The notes beneath the pieces were generated by a model. That model made no database searches and was not told the origin of the DNA. It worked only from the letters and a program-made list of their open reading frames with translations. Below are positions 18,085 through 28,600 of a stretch of DNA of 32,000 nucleotides, piece by piece. A program made the translations under genes and the position numbers. This DNA comes from Raphidiopsis brookii D9 (GTDB lineage: Bacteria > Cyanobacteriota > Cyanobacteriia > Cyanobacteriales > Nostocaceae). Positions within the stretch are counted from its first letter, which is position 1, and each line of letters opens with the position of its first letter. The DNA is taken from contig ACYB01000006.1 of assembly GCA_000175855.1 (NCBI GenBank), positions 30,001-62,000 on the forward strand. The letters are read 5' to 3'.

Positions 18085-20190
18085 ATGAACTCCATTGCAA
18101 CTAGGCGCAAGCAAAGATCCTCTCGTTCCCGAACCAAGGGTGGAGGTTTGAATCGCCAAAAATCGCGATTTAGCAATTTAGCGATTTACATACAAGCAAT
18201 TGGGGATAGCATAATCAAGTTATCCCCGCAATATGCCATTGAAAATCCTATCATGTTTTTAGTGTGGTTAGGAACAATCATCACCCTAATAGCGACAATT
18301 TATCCGCCTGCATTGGGAACGGTTAATCAAACCAATCCTCGACTATTCAATGGTTTGGTGACCACAATTTTATTTTCCACGGTTATTTTTGCCAATTTTG
18401 CCGAATCTTTGGCACAGGGAAGAGGTAAAGCCCAGGCTAATGCTTTACGAAGAAGCAGAAAAGAAACTACGGCTAACAAAATTGACCTTGATGGTACTAT
18501 TACGGAAACCCCTTCAACCCAGCTGAAAAAAGGTGATACGGTTTATGTGTCAGCTGGTGATATGATCCCTGCTGATGGTGAGGTAATTATGGGTGTAGCC
18601 TCGGTAGATGAATCAGCTATCACTGGTGAATCCGCCCCAGTTCTCAAGGAATGCGGTTCAGATGTGGCCAGTTCGGTCACTGGGGGTACACGGATTATTT
18701 CCGATGAGTTAATTATTCGCATTACCGCCGATCCTGGTAAAGGATTCATTGACAGGATGATTGATTTAGTAGAGGGGGCCCAACGGCGCAAAACACCCAA
18801 TGAAATTGCTTTGACTATTCTGCTGTCAGTGCTGACATTGGTATTTCTAATTGTGACAATTACTTTACCATCATTTGCTTACTATGTCAAGTCTCCCATT
18901 AATATCACTATACTTGTTTCTCTGTTAGTAGCACTCATACCCACAACTATTGGCAGTTTACTCAGTGCCATTGGCATTGCGGGTATGGATAGAGTTGCAC
19001 AATTTAATATTATTGCTACCTCTGGACAAGCAGTAGAAGCCTGTGGTGATATTAATACGTTAATTTTGGATAAAACTGGTACAATTACTTTAGGCAACCG
19101 CCTGGCGGAGTCTTTTATCCCTATCTGTGGACATTCAATCACGGAAATTGCCAATGTGGCATTAGCCGCTAGTATATTCGATGATACTCCTGAGGGTAAA
19201 TCTATCATTAGACTGGCGGAAAAACTGGGTGCTAAATTTGATATTGATCGCCGGTTAGCTCAGGGAGTGGAGTTCTCGGCCAAAACCCGCATGAGTGGAA
19301 CTAATTTACCGGGTGGTCATGAGGCGAGAAAAGGTGCTGTGGAGGCGATAAAGGCTTTTGTTCGTTCCCGTAATGGTCAGCATACCCCAGAATTGGAGAG
19401 TGCATATCAACAAGTATCCCGCCAGGGAGGCACACCCTTAGCGGTTTGTCTGGATGATAAGGTCTATGGTGTTATTTATCTGAAAGATATAGTCAAGCCT
19501 GCTATTCGTGAGCGATTTGACCAACTGCGACGGATGGGGGTACGTACGGTGATGTTAACTGGAGATAACCATATTACGGCTGAGGTAATTGCTAAAGAAG
19601 CAGGAGTGGATGAGTTCATAGCTGAAGCAAGTCCGGAAGATAAAATTCATGTCATTCGCTCAGAACAAGCTCAGGGTAAATTGGTGGCTATGACTGGAGA
19701 TGGTACTAATGATGCTCCTGCTTTGGCACAAGCGGATGTAGGTGTAGCTATGAATACTGGAACCCAGGCAGCTAAGGAGGCTGCCAATATGGTAGATCTG
19801 GATTCTGACCCCACAAAACTTATTGATATTATCGCCATTGGTAAGCAATTACTAATTACCCGTGGTGCTTTAACTACCTTTTCTATTGCCAATGACATTG
19901 CCAAGTATTTCACTATTATTCCGGTAATTTTTGCTACTGCTAATCTCCAGAGCTTAAATTTTATGAGGTTAACTAGTGTTAATTCAGCAGTTTTATCAGC
20001 CCTGACCTATAATGCTATGATTATTCCTGCTTTGATTCCTTTAGCATTAAAGGGGGTGAAGTTTAGACCTTTGACAGCTAACCAGCTATTGCAATGGAAT
20101 ATTTTAATTTATGGTGTGGGAGGAGTAATTGCTCCTTTTATTGCTATTAAACTTCTAGATCTGATATTTACCTTTGTGGGTTTAGCTTAA
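18085..20190 (+). CDS. kdpB: Potassium-transporting ATPase subunit B (P-type ATPase catalytic subunit)
   Basis: Phosphorylation site LILDKTGTITLGNR. Also MLTGDNHITA and MTGDGTNDAPALAQADVGVAM. The N-terminus carries a basic extension (RRKQRSSRSRTKGGGLNRQKSR). Confidence 0.97.
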   Translation: MNSIATRRKQRSSRSRTKGGGLNRQKSRFSNLAIYIQAIGDSIIKLSPQYAIENPIMFLVWLGTIITLIATIYPPALGTVNQTNPRLFNGLVTTILFSTVIFANFAESLAQGRGKAQANALRRSRKETTANKIDLDGTITETPSTQLKKGDTVYVSAGDMIPADGEVIMGVASVDESAITGESAPVLKECGSDVASSVTGGTRIISDELIIRITADPGKGFIDRMIDLVEGAQRRKTPNEIALTILLSVLTLVFLIVTITLPSFAYYVKSPINITILVSLLVALIPTTIGSLLSAIGIAGMDRVAQFNIIATSGQAVEACGDINTLILDKTGTITLGNRLAESFIPICGHSITEIANVALAASIFDDTPEGKSIIRLAEKLGAKFDIDRRLAQGVEFSAKTRMSGTNLPGGHEARKGAVEAIKAFVRSRNGQHTPELESAYQQVSRQGGTPLAVCLDDKVYGVIYLKDIVKPAIRERFDQLRRMGVRTVMLTGDNHITAEVIAKEAGVDEFIAEASPEDKIHVIRSEQAQGKLVAMTGDGTNDAPALAQADVGVAMNTGTQAAKEAANMVDLDSDPTKLIDIIAIGKQLLITRGALTTFSIANDIAKYFTIIPVIFATANLQSLNFMRLTSVNSAVLSALTYNAMIIPALIPLALKGVKFRPLTANQLLQWNILIYGVGGVIAPFIAIKLLDLIFTFVGLA

Positions 20191-20192
20191 TT

Positions 20193-20801
20193 ATGATGGC
20201 ATTTATCAAAGAAGTTTTTCGCGGGATACGAGTACTTGTATTAATATGGATATTAACTGCAATTATCTATCCTTTGGGAATATTGAACTTAGGTCAGTGG
20301 GTTTTTCCTTTTACGGCTAATGGTAGTATCTTGTTCAACATTAACGCTGAACCAATGGGTTCGTTTTTGATTGGCCAAAGTTTTACATCAGAACAATATT
20401 TTCAAAGCCGTCCCAGCGCTATTAGGTACAGTCAAGGCAAAAAATCTGGTCCCTATGGTATATCTGGAGGGAGTAATCTTTCTGCTAGTAATCCACAGTT
20501 GATTGATAGAATTAGTCAGGAGGTTAGCCAATTAAAAGAGGAAGACCTTAAACCTATTCCAGACCTAATTTACACTTCTGGTTCTGGTTTAGATCCCCAT
20601 ATTTCTTGGAAAGCAGCAAGACAGCAGTTACCAAGAGTAGCAAAAGCACGCGGTATGAAGGAAGATGAAATAGAAGGCTTAATGTATAAGTACACAGATG
20701 GCAAATTTTTAGGTATTTTTGGTGAAGCAGTAGTGAATGTTTTACGCCTAAATTATGCCCTTGACCTTCAGTCTGTCAATCAGGGGGAACAGGAACAATG
20801 A
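20193..20801 (+). CDS. kdpC: Potassium-transporting ATPase subunit C
   Basis: 202 aa with a single N-terminal TM. Reads [20 protein letters not shown] and [12 protein letters not shown], which are KdpC signatures. The start is 2 nt after the kdpB stop. Confidence 0.92.
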   Translation: MMAFIKEVFRGIRVLVLIWILTAIIYPLGILNLGQWVFPFTANGSILFNINAEPMGSFLIGQSFTSEQYFQSRPSAIRYSQGKKSGPYGISGGSNLSASNPQLIDRISQEVSQLKEEDLKPIPDLIYTSGSGLDPHISWKAARQQLPRVAKARGMKEDEIEGLMYKYTDGKFLGIFGEAVVNVLRLNYALDLQSVNQGEQEQ

Positions 20802-21961
20802 AGGAAATAATCCGCCCAACTCGTGTTATTGGTTTAATGAGTGGTACTTCCGTAGATGGTATAGATACCGCTTTAGTGGAAATATCTGGTACAGACTTAG
20901 ACCTGAAAGTAGAGTTGTTGGCGGGGGAAACTTACCCCTATCCACCCCAACTACGGACTAAAATCCTCTCCATCTGTGGGGGAGAACAAATTTCCATGCT
21001 GGAGCTGGCTACTATCGATGATGAAATAGCTACGCTTTTTGCCCAGGCGGCCCAACATATTCAGGTTGGTTACCCCCCCGCTACTCTCATTGGTTCTCAC
21101 GGTCAGACGGTTTACCACAGACCCACAGGAGAGGAAAATCATGTTCCCCTGGGTTATAGTTTACAGCTGGGCCGGGGTGCTGTTATCGCTCGCCTCACTG
21201 GTATTACCACTGTTAGTAATTTTCGTGTGGCAGATATTGCAGTCGGTGGTCACGGAGCACCCTTAGTCCCTAGAGTTGATGCTTTTCTCCTGAGTCATCT
21301 TCAGGAGTTTCGCTGTATCCAAAATATTGGTGGCATTGGTAATATTACTTACCTACCTCCACGCTCTGATGGTTGGCTAGGCAAAATTATGGGTTGGGAC
21401 ACAGGTCCAGGAAATAGTTTGTTAGACTTAGCTGTGTCTCATTTTACTAATGGTCAAAAAAGTTATGATCACAATGGGTCCTGGGCAGCTAGTGGTTCTC
21501 CTTTTTATCCATTAGTTAAACAGTGGTTGAGCCAAGATTATTTCCATTTAAGTCCTCCTAAGTCCACTGGTAGGGAGCTATTTGGTGTTGATTACCTTTA
21601 TCAGTGTTTGCGAGACTGTAATCACTATAACTTGTCTATCCCAGATGTATTAGCAACAATTACTGAACTAACAGCTGCCTCTATTGTTCACAGTTACCGT
21701 GAGTTTTTACCACAAATGCCACAACAAGTCCTATTGTGTGGTGGTGGCAGTCGCAATCTCTATCTGAAAAAACGACTGGAGGCATTGCTGGATTCAATAC
21801 CAGTTACCACCACAGATGTCATGGGATTGAACTCAGCTTTTAAGGAGGCGATCGCCTTTGCTGTGTTAGCTTACTGGAAGCATTTAGGGATTCCTGGAAA
21901 TTTGCCCCTTGCTACGGGAGCAGAGCGGGAGGTCCTTCTAGGCGAAACTCATAGTCTGTAA
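20798..21961 (+). CDS. anmK: Anhydro-N-acetylmuramic acid kinase
   Basis: Reads [42 protein letters not shown] and [12 protein letters not shown]. Its ATG overlaps the kdpC TGA (ATGA at 20798-20801). Confidence 0.9.
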   Translation: MKEIIRPTRVIGLMSGTSVDGIDTALVEISGTDLDLKVELLAGETYPYPPQLRTKILSICGGEQISMLELATIDDEIATLFAQAAQHIQVGYPPATLIGSHGQTVYHRPTGEENHVPLGYSLQLGRGAVIARLTGITTVSNFRVADIAVGGHGAPLVPRVDAFLLSHLQEFRCIQNIGGIGNITYLPPRSDGWLGKIMGWDTGPGNSLLDLAVSHFTNGQKSYDHNGSWAASGSPFYPLVKQWLSQDYFHLSPPKSTGRELFGVDYLYQCLRDCNHYNLSIPDVLATITELTAASIVHSYREFLPQMPQQVLLCGGGSRNLYLKKRLEALLDSIPVTTTDVMGLNSAFKEAIAFAVLAYWKHLGIPGNLPLATGAEREVLLGETHSL

Positions 21962-22042
21962 AGTTTTATGAACAAAATGTGTTAAGGAATGGGAATTATA
22001 GTTTGATGGAGTGGGGGATGGGTGTAGTCCGAGAGGAGAAGG

Positions 22043-22094
22043 TTAAAAGCCGAGACCAGTTTGAGTGCAAGTTAAAGTTAGGTTTTGGTCCCGA
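22043..22094 (-). terminator. Candidate nblA 3' hairpin/terminator
   Basis: Minus-strand RNA reads UCGGGACCA-(27 nt)-UGGUCUCGG, 9 bp including two G.U pairs, followed by CUUUUAA. It is nested in an outer GGAGAAG/CUUCUCC stem and starts 10 nt after the nblA stop. The large loop lowers confidence. Confidence 0.4.
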
Positions 22095-22103
22095 ACTCTT
22101 CTC

Positions 22104-22298
22104 CTATGCCATGGAGCCTAAATCCAATCCCCACTGGTGTTTGAGTAGTTCCTTATAGGTTGCTTCTCTTACTACCATCTGTTCGTAGAGTTTTACGAGG
22201 AACTCTTGGGCCTGTTCATGACTCATTTCTTTGACCTGGCTGGCAAAGGAGTAAACGTTAAATTGCTGTTCTAAGGAAAGCTGTATTGGTTGATTCAT
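22104..22298 (-). CDS. nblA: Phycobilisome degradation protein NblA
   Basis: 64 aa: MNQPIQLSLEQQFNVYSFASQVKEMSHEQAQEFLVKLYEQMVVREATYKELLKHQWGLD. This is very close to the Anabaena/Nostoc NblA sequence as I remember it (LSLEQQF..., FLVKLYEQMVVREATY.ELLKHQWGLD). Confidence 0.92.
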   Translation of the reverse strand: MNQPIQLSLEQQFNVYSFASQVKEMSHEQAQEFLVKLYEQMVVREATYKELLKHQWGLDLGSMA

Positions 22299-22630
22299 GG
22301 CTAAAACCTAAAGAGCAACTAGTAATAGTGGTATGGACGGAAGACCAGCTTTTGGGTTGGTCCGGTTTTAATCTGGTATGTCACTTGTTAGAAACGATAA
22401 CAGTTATTTGACAAATTGCCCAGTGTGATATGTTTCGGGTTTCCGACCTACCATCGGGATGGTCGGGTTATTGGAAAGTTTATGGTTATGGTCGAACGGT
22501 TGGGGGATTGGGTGTATAAATTATTAAAGGACTGACAGTTAGGTTGAACAAACCCGTCGGATGATGGGTTTGAACATATTTCTAGCAGGTTGCTTGGGGG
22601 AAAAATGCTCGAATTGAACATTTTCTCAGG

Positions 22631-23361
22631 TTATTCTTGTTTCTCAGCAGCAACCAAGATAACGGTGATGTTGTCCTTACCCCCTTTGGCTTTAGCTGCT
22701 TGCACCAGGGATGAAGCTGTTTGCCCTAAATCTAGATTCTGGTACAGCTGGAAAATTTCTTCGTCCAGCAGTTCTTCGGTTAATCCATCGCTACATAAAA
22801 GCAGGCGATCGCCTGGGTTAAGTTTAAAGGACTGAACTTCTGGATCGCTGAGGTCTGCTCTTCCTAAACAGCGTGAGAGGACGTGGCGGTAGGGATGAGA
22901 GCGGGCTTCTTCGGGACTAATTTCGCCTATTTCCATGGCTTTAGCGATCCAGGTATGATCTTGAGTAATTTGGCAAAGTTGGGAGTTTGTTAAGAGATAC
23001 AAGCGAGAATCCCCCAGATGGGCACATATAGGGGGTTCGGGGGAACGGAAAACTACGACCACAACGGTTGTTCCCATGTCGGAACGTTCTGGGTGAGAAA
23101 GTTGGTCTTGTAAGATGGAGTTATTGGCTTGGGATATAGCTAACCTTAGTAAAGACTGGGTATTTTCGGGGGAGTCCCATTGGTTTGTTAAATAGGCTTG
23201 AATTTGTTGAATCGCGATTCGACTAGCTTCCTCACCTCCAGCATGACCTCCCATACCATCAGCAAGGATAAAAAACGTCCGTCGGGGTCTATGTAGTAAG
23301 CATCTTGATTATGAGAACGAATAAGTCCGGGATCGGTTGCACCGGTAAAGTTAAGTTTCAT
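22631..23361 (-). pseudogene. PP2C-family Ser/Thr protein phosphatase, N-terminus displaced by a -1 frameshift in a T6 (plus-strand A6) run at 23270-23275
   Basis: ORF 22631..23254 starts inside the first metal-binding motif (MGGHAGGEEAS). It continues with LLLCSDGLT and GGKDNITVILV. Upstream, ATG at 23361 reads MKLNFTGATDPGLIRSHNQDAYYIDPDGRF and then goes out of frame. Adding one T (CGTTTTTTATCC to CGTTTTTTTATCC) restores DGRFFILADGMGGHAGG. 23361-23254=107, i.e. 3n-1. Confidence 0.85.
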
Positions 23362-23392
23362 AATTTTTTATCAAAATATGTATGTGTAACCA

Positions 23393-25186
23393 CTAATACT
23401 TCTGATCATAACGATCAAGACGGGAGACTAGACGCAAGAAAATAAAAGATATGCCAGCAACTATCAACCCTGCTATTGTAGCTAACCAGTAAAATCTATT
23501 GACTAATAGGATAGTAGCTGAAATAGTAAAAGCACTGATAATCAGGGCGTAACTAATTCCCATTTGAATATTACTTTGTCGTCTTAATAGACGTTCTGTT
23601 TCCAGGGCACGCACTCGCAACCGGATGTCACCTCGTTCCAGCTTCTCCAGGGTATCTTCTAAACGACGTGGCAAACTTAATGCGCTACTACTAACCTGTA
23701 CAGCTTGACGACTAAGCTCATTTAAAAAAGTGTTTGCTTGACTAGCACCATTATTGTTATTCATAAGCTCCATTGCATAAGGCTGGGCAACTGCCATAAA
23801 ATTAAATTCCGGGTCTAGGCCCTTTCCTACCCCTTCTAAGGTAGAAAAAGCTCGCATGACAAAAGTGAAAGTGGCTGGGAAGCGAAATGGCTGATTATAA
23901 GCAATTTCATACAAGTCCTCACTGATGGTAGCCACGGATTGGTTTTCAAAGGGTTTGTCCATAAAATTATCCAACATATACTGGACAGAACGTCGCACAG
24001 GACCCATATCCTCCACCGGAGCGATCGCACCCAAATTAATTAGTGATTGTACTACTCGGTCACCATCTTTTTGAGCGATGCCAAATAAGGTTTCCATCAG
24101 TCCTTCCCGAACATTGGACTTAATAATACCCATCATGCCAAAGTCGTAGAAAATTAAGGCTCCATCCGGACTTACCGCCAAATTACCGGGGTGGGGATCA
24201 GCGTGAAAGAAGCCATTATTCAATAACTGGTGTAAATATGCCTGAGCTCCATAACGAGCGATCGCCTTTCTATCCACACCTGCAGCTTCTAATGCTTCAT
24301 ACTGACTGATTTTAATACCAGGAACATACTCCAAAGTGATAATTTTAGAAGTGGTATACCGCCAATATACCCTAGGGACCTTCACCCAGTTATAGGACCG
24401 AAAGTTGCGCCTAAAAGTATCCGCATTGCGTCCTTCATTGAGATAATCGATTTCCTCCCAAAGAATGCGACAGCACTCCTCATAAATGCCCATCCAATCT
24501 CTTCCTCTTCCCCACTCAGGATGATTTTGGAAATAGTTGGTGATACCTTTAAGTATTTGTAAATCAATTTCAAAGAGTTTTTTCAGTCCTGGTCGTTGCA
24601 CCTTGACTACTACGGTTTCTCCTGAGTGGAGTTCAGCCTTATGAACCTGTCCTAAACTAGCAGCAGCAAGAGGTATGGGTTCAAAACTAGCAAAGAGTTC
24701 AGCAATTGTTTTACCCAATTCCTGTTCAATAATTTTGGCCACCTGTTCGTAATCAAAAGCTGGCACGCGGTCTTGTAACTTAGACAGCTCATCCACATAC
24801 TCGCTAGGGAAGATATCCGCACGGGTGGAAAACAACTGGCCAACCTTAATAAAAGTTGGTCCTAGGTCTAAAAATGTGTTTCTTACCCAGACCGCCTGGG
24901 CGTAGCGTCTAGCTGCTTGTTTAGCCTCCGTTACACCCCCAGGATAACTCCATGCCTTATTATAACGCCAAAGTTTAAACATGAAGGTCAAAACAAAAGA
25001 CCAGATATCCACAAAGCGGCGTTTACTGGAGTATTTTTCCCGATTCCAACGGTAAGCCTTACCCGAATAACCTTGTTCCATATTTATTTTGTAGTTTGTT
25101 TTGTACCGTTGGGCATTAGCCATTTCACACTCCGCTCTCTCAAGAATAGCAGAATTTAATGGTTTGGTAGGGGGCAAGTTTAACAA
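23393..25186 (-). CDS. ABC1/UbiB (AarF/ADCK) atypical kinase family protein with C-terminal TM helices
   Basis: Reads FIKVGQLFSTRADIFPSEYVDELSKLQDRVP, PLAAASLGQVHKA, VVVKVQRPG and FFHADPHPGNLAV. Two C-terminal hydrophobic helices are present. The start may be an internal Met (MANAQRY or MEQGY). Confidence 0.9.
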   Translation of the reverse strand: MLNLPPTKPLNSAILERAECEMANAQRYKTNYKINMEQGYSGKAYRWNREKYSSKRRFVDIWSFVLTFMFKLWRYNKAWSYPGGVTEAKQAARRYAQAVWVRNTFLDLGPTFIKVGQLFSTRADIFPSEYVDELSKLQDRVPAFDYEQVAKIIEQELGKTIAELFASFEPIPLAAASLGQVHKAELHSGETVVVKVQRPGLKKLFEIDLQILKGITNYFQNHPEWGRGRDWMGIYEECCRILWEEIDYLNEGRNADTFRRNFRSYNWVKVPRVYWRYTTSKIITLEYVPGIKISQYEALEAAGVDRKAIARYGAQAYLHQLLNNGFFHADPHPGNLAVSPDGALIFYDFGMMGIIKSNVREGLMETLFGIAQKDGDRVVQSLINLGAIAPVEDMGPVRRSVQYMLDNFMDKPFENQSVATISEDLYEIAYNQPFRFPATFTFVMRAFSTLEGVGKGLDPEFNFMAVAQPYAMELMNNNNGASQANTFLNELSRQAVQVSSSALSLPRRLEDTLEKLERGDIRLRVRALETERLLRRQSNIQMGISYALIISAFTISATILLVNRFYWLATIAGLIVAGISFIFLRLVSRLDRYDQKY

Positions 25187-25252
25187 TAAACCTCCTATGT
25201 TTTGTTAAAACATTACCCACCACTAATATTCTATCAACAAACCGGTCTATAT

Positions 25253-25573
25253 CTATTTTGCCCCACTGCGATACTTTTGTAACTCAGTCCGCAACAAAGC
25301 AATTTCTGCTCGTAAATTATCAATTTGAGCTTGTAAGTCTGTTACACTATTAGCATTGGTACTAGTAGGGGTAGCACCTGTTTGTGATGCTTCCGCTGCT
25401 CGACTAGCACGTACCCTCACTTCTTCCGTAAACTGGTGCAGTTGTTCTTTCATCTCAGCATCAAATTTACCCAGTTCACTTAAAGCGTCAGTCAGGGTGA
25501 CCTCTAGACGCTCATTAATTACTTCTGCTACTGCTCTACCCAAAAAGAAGGCTTGCACGAGATTATTAGACAT
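25253..25573 (-). CDS. Conserved small coiled-coil protein (106 aa); weak resemblance to phasin-like COG3937 proteins
   Basis: The N-terminus LVQAFFLGRAVAEVINERL resembles the LVQKAFYLGVG opening of phasin-type proteins, but that comparison is from memory only. The C-terminus DLQAQIDNLRAEIALLRTELQKY is heptad-like. A TATAAT lies about 31 nt upstream of the ATG on the coding strand. Confidence 0.6.
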   Translation of the reverse strand: MSNNLVQAFFLGRAVAEVINERLEVTLTDALSELGKFDAEMKEQLHQFTEEVRVRASRAAEASQTGATPTSTNANSVTDLQAQIDNLRAEIALLRTELQKYRSGAK

Positions 25574-25670
25574 AAATTTTTGTAAAGTTGTTCCGTAAAA
25601 AAATTATAACCTCCATTCAGCGGGTGTTGATGAAAAATTCAGCAGTGAAGATTAATTGCACTAATCTGAT

Positions 25671-28600
25671 TTAATTAAAAGTGTATGGTTCCGAGAAAGA
25701 CTGCAAAGAGCAGTCTTTAACCGCATTAAGATAGCGGCGCAATAGGAGGATTTGGGGAATATCAAATCTATAAGTAAGATTACCCTGCTTTTGAAACAAG
25801 GGTGTGGAGGAAATTGCCCGATAATCAGGATTTTCCTGAGAATTTTTGGTCAACCACAGGTAGTTAAAATTCTCTGTAACTCCATCCTCGGAACGGGGAT
25901 TTTTCCTAGTGATGGGTACTAACCCACTGGGTAACTGACCTTCCAAAAAGGCTAATAGACGCTGTTGACATACGCTGGTATTAATACCACGACCTTCCAG
26001 GAGTTGCAGAATCTCACTCAAGGATAGGGAAAGGGTAGCTTCCTTGCTCGGGATATCTGGTATAATGTTTAGCAGCTCTGAAAACAGAAAATAATCCGTA
26101 TATTGTTGTCTAGATATTTCCAGAAATTGCGGATACAATAGTGCAGTAGCCAAACCATAAGCCACTCGACTGCACCTGCTAATGGTTCCACTTCCTCTGG
26201 GATGTAAGTCCTGTATAATTTTACCGTTAGGCAGTTTTTGTCCTAGCCAACGCTTAATGGTAGGTATGCTACTCACCCCACCAGAAATGACCACTTGAGT
26301 TATGGACTCCGCTGGTACGCCTTTAGCTACTAATAGTTTGTTCAGTTCTCGATTCAGACGACGTACGTAAGGTACAAGTATTTCCCTTTCTAGATCTTGG
26401 CGGTACAATTTCCAGCACTGATCTGCTAACTTGAGAGTAAATAATTCTTGGTGCTGTAAAATCAGTTTTATTGCCATAGCTGCATCTAACATTCCTCGCC
26501 CCAACACAGAACTTTCTAGTCTCTGCTGTAGCATAGTTCTAGTTAATGTATCTGTTTGGGCTGACTGCGGTAATTCCAAACCTGTTAAATTTAAGCTAGA
26601 CCACTCTACCTGATCTAAACCAGGGGTTGTAGGTTCCCAATGCCATGAATTATTTTCACTTTTCCTATTGTCTTGTTTTGTCTCACCATGGGGTTGGTGT
26701 GTTTTTGGTGGTAGTAGCAATTGACAAATAATATCCTGTTCCATTGCTTTTCCACCGTATGCAAAACTGTGCAAAGTCAGGTTTCTGTGGGTTAATTTAC
26801 TCAAATCCTTTGGTAGATCAACTAATACCATTTCTGTAGCACTTGCACCAATGTTCAAAGTGAGGGTAAAACCTTCACTCAAACCAGCAGTGGTCTTGAG
26901 TGGGTGTATACCCTCATTATCCCACACCTGAACTGGTTTGGAACTACTGGGATCTAGCTCGGGTAGCAAGGTGGCTATGGCCTCCTCCACAAAAAATATT
27001 TGGTTAGCATGGGAAACCAGCTTACTGGTTAATATGGATTCTCTGACATTAAATCGGTACTGTTCTGACCAATTACCTGGACAACTACAAATAACACCTC
27101 TTAAGTGATTAATCACTTGCAATAACACTTCTTTATCCATGCCTGTAGCATTAGCAGTTAAGGCTGGAGTTGTACTAGTGCGATCTGATTTTAGGGTTAA
27201 CAATAACTTTGACAAGGAGCGCACAACCCAAATTAAAGGACTAGAAGAAAATTCGTTCAGCTGCAATACAGGTTCCCACTTTTGTTGATTGTTTTTATAA
27301 GAAACACCAATATGTAGAAATGGTTTTAAGTGAGTAGAATAAAGTTCTGGTTTGGTTTCTACTGATATGGAAGAATCCTTGTTTATATCTATTCCCGTAT
27401 TGGAACTAATATTTTGGTGGGTTTCTAGGTTTTCTGATTCTGGGTGAGGGGTGGATCTAGTTGGTAGATATACTTCTGCTGGCAATCGAAAAGACTGGGT
27501 AAAAGTTGTTTTACCTGATTTATCTTCTGCGGACCAATAGATGGGGTGGACAATTAATTTAGCATGATTTAACAAAGCGGCAGAAATTCCCGTTGTTCCC
27601 AAGTCAATACCCAAATACCAAGATGAATTTTCATCATTGGGAGATTCTAAGAGCATCATTCCCTGATCCACAATGTCCTCTAATCCATCCTCACTTGGGT
27701 TGGTAATAGAAAGGGAGTTTTCTACCTGTGTAATCCTTTCCCATGTTGAATCTAGGTCCCAATCAAAACTGGTGATATCACAATTAGCACTTTCTAGCTG
27801 TTGTGCATCTGCAAGTTCAGATGTATCTAACATTTCATCATTTGTACTAACCCTATCGCCCAAATCTAGAGGATTTTCTTCAGGAGAAGTTGCAATATAA
27901 CCAGCAAATAAGTCTACTGCCAAGTCCTCCTCAATTTTTTCTTCCCGGTCGGAAAAATCCTGATCAAAATTCTCCCAGATTGATGTGATTTCCTCATCCT
28001 TGGAGAATTGATTATTACCATCATCCACCAATAAGTCAGTCAAAACAGCGATAGTATCATTACTATCTGGTTCAGTTTCCGATGGCATAATTATACTAGC
28101 AAATTCTGCTTTTGTCCCCGAATCCTCGGGCAATAAAGATTCCCATAATTTCACTGGTTCATTGCTATAATCGGTAAAAAGACTTGCATAAAGTTCATCA
28201 ACTTCATCCTCTAGATTAGGACTTGCATAATTGATTGGGGGTGAACCTAAATCTGAGATTTCCTCATTGGGTTTAGCCTGGAAACTAGCAGGTTGGACGG
28301 GGAAAGTTGGTACATTATTTTGCAGATTGTTTTGTAGACTTTTGATAAAGTCTGTCATTAATTGTTCACCCTCTATCCCCTGACTGTGCATTCTAGTAAG
28401 TGACTGGGATAGGGACTGGTAATAAGAATTTATATTACGTTCTAATGCTTGAAAAATAACGTTAACAGTTCCATCCAAAGATAACAACCGTTGGTCTAAC
28501 TCCTTGGTCAAATTAACTAACCTTTCAATCCCGCTAGTTGATCCTAAAACTGCTTCCATAGAAGAGTTGTTTATTACCGGGTTATTCTCACCAGAGCTTA

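Noticed and set aside
18543-19913. Several 60-108 aa minus-strand ORFs inside kdpB, with similar ones inside kdpA, the sigma gene, the ABC1 gene and the pentapeptide gene
   Set aside because: All are antisense to strongly supported genes. They are low-complexity or repeat-mirror translations and have no independent evidence.
22514-22527. NtcA-type site (GTA-N8-TAA) upstream of nblA
   Set aside because: It deviates from GTAN8TAC in the critical last base, and I could not find a properly spaced -10 box. It is left as unproven.
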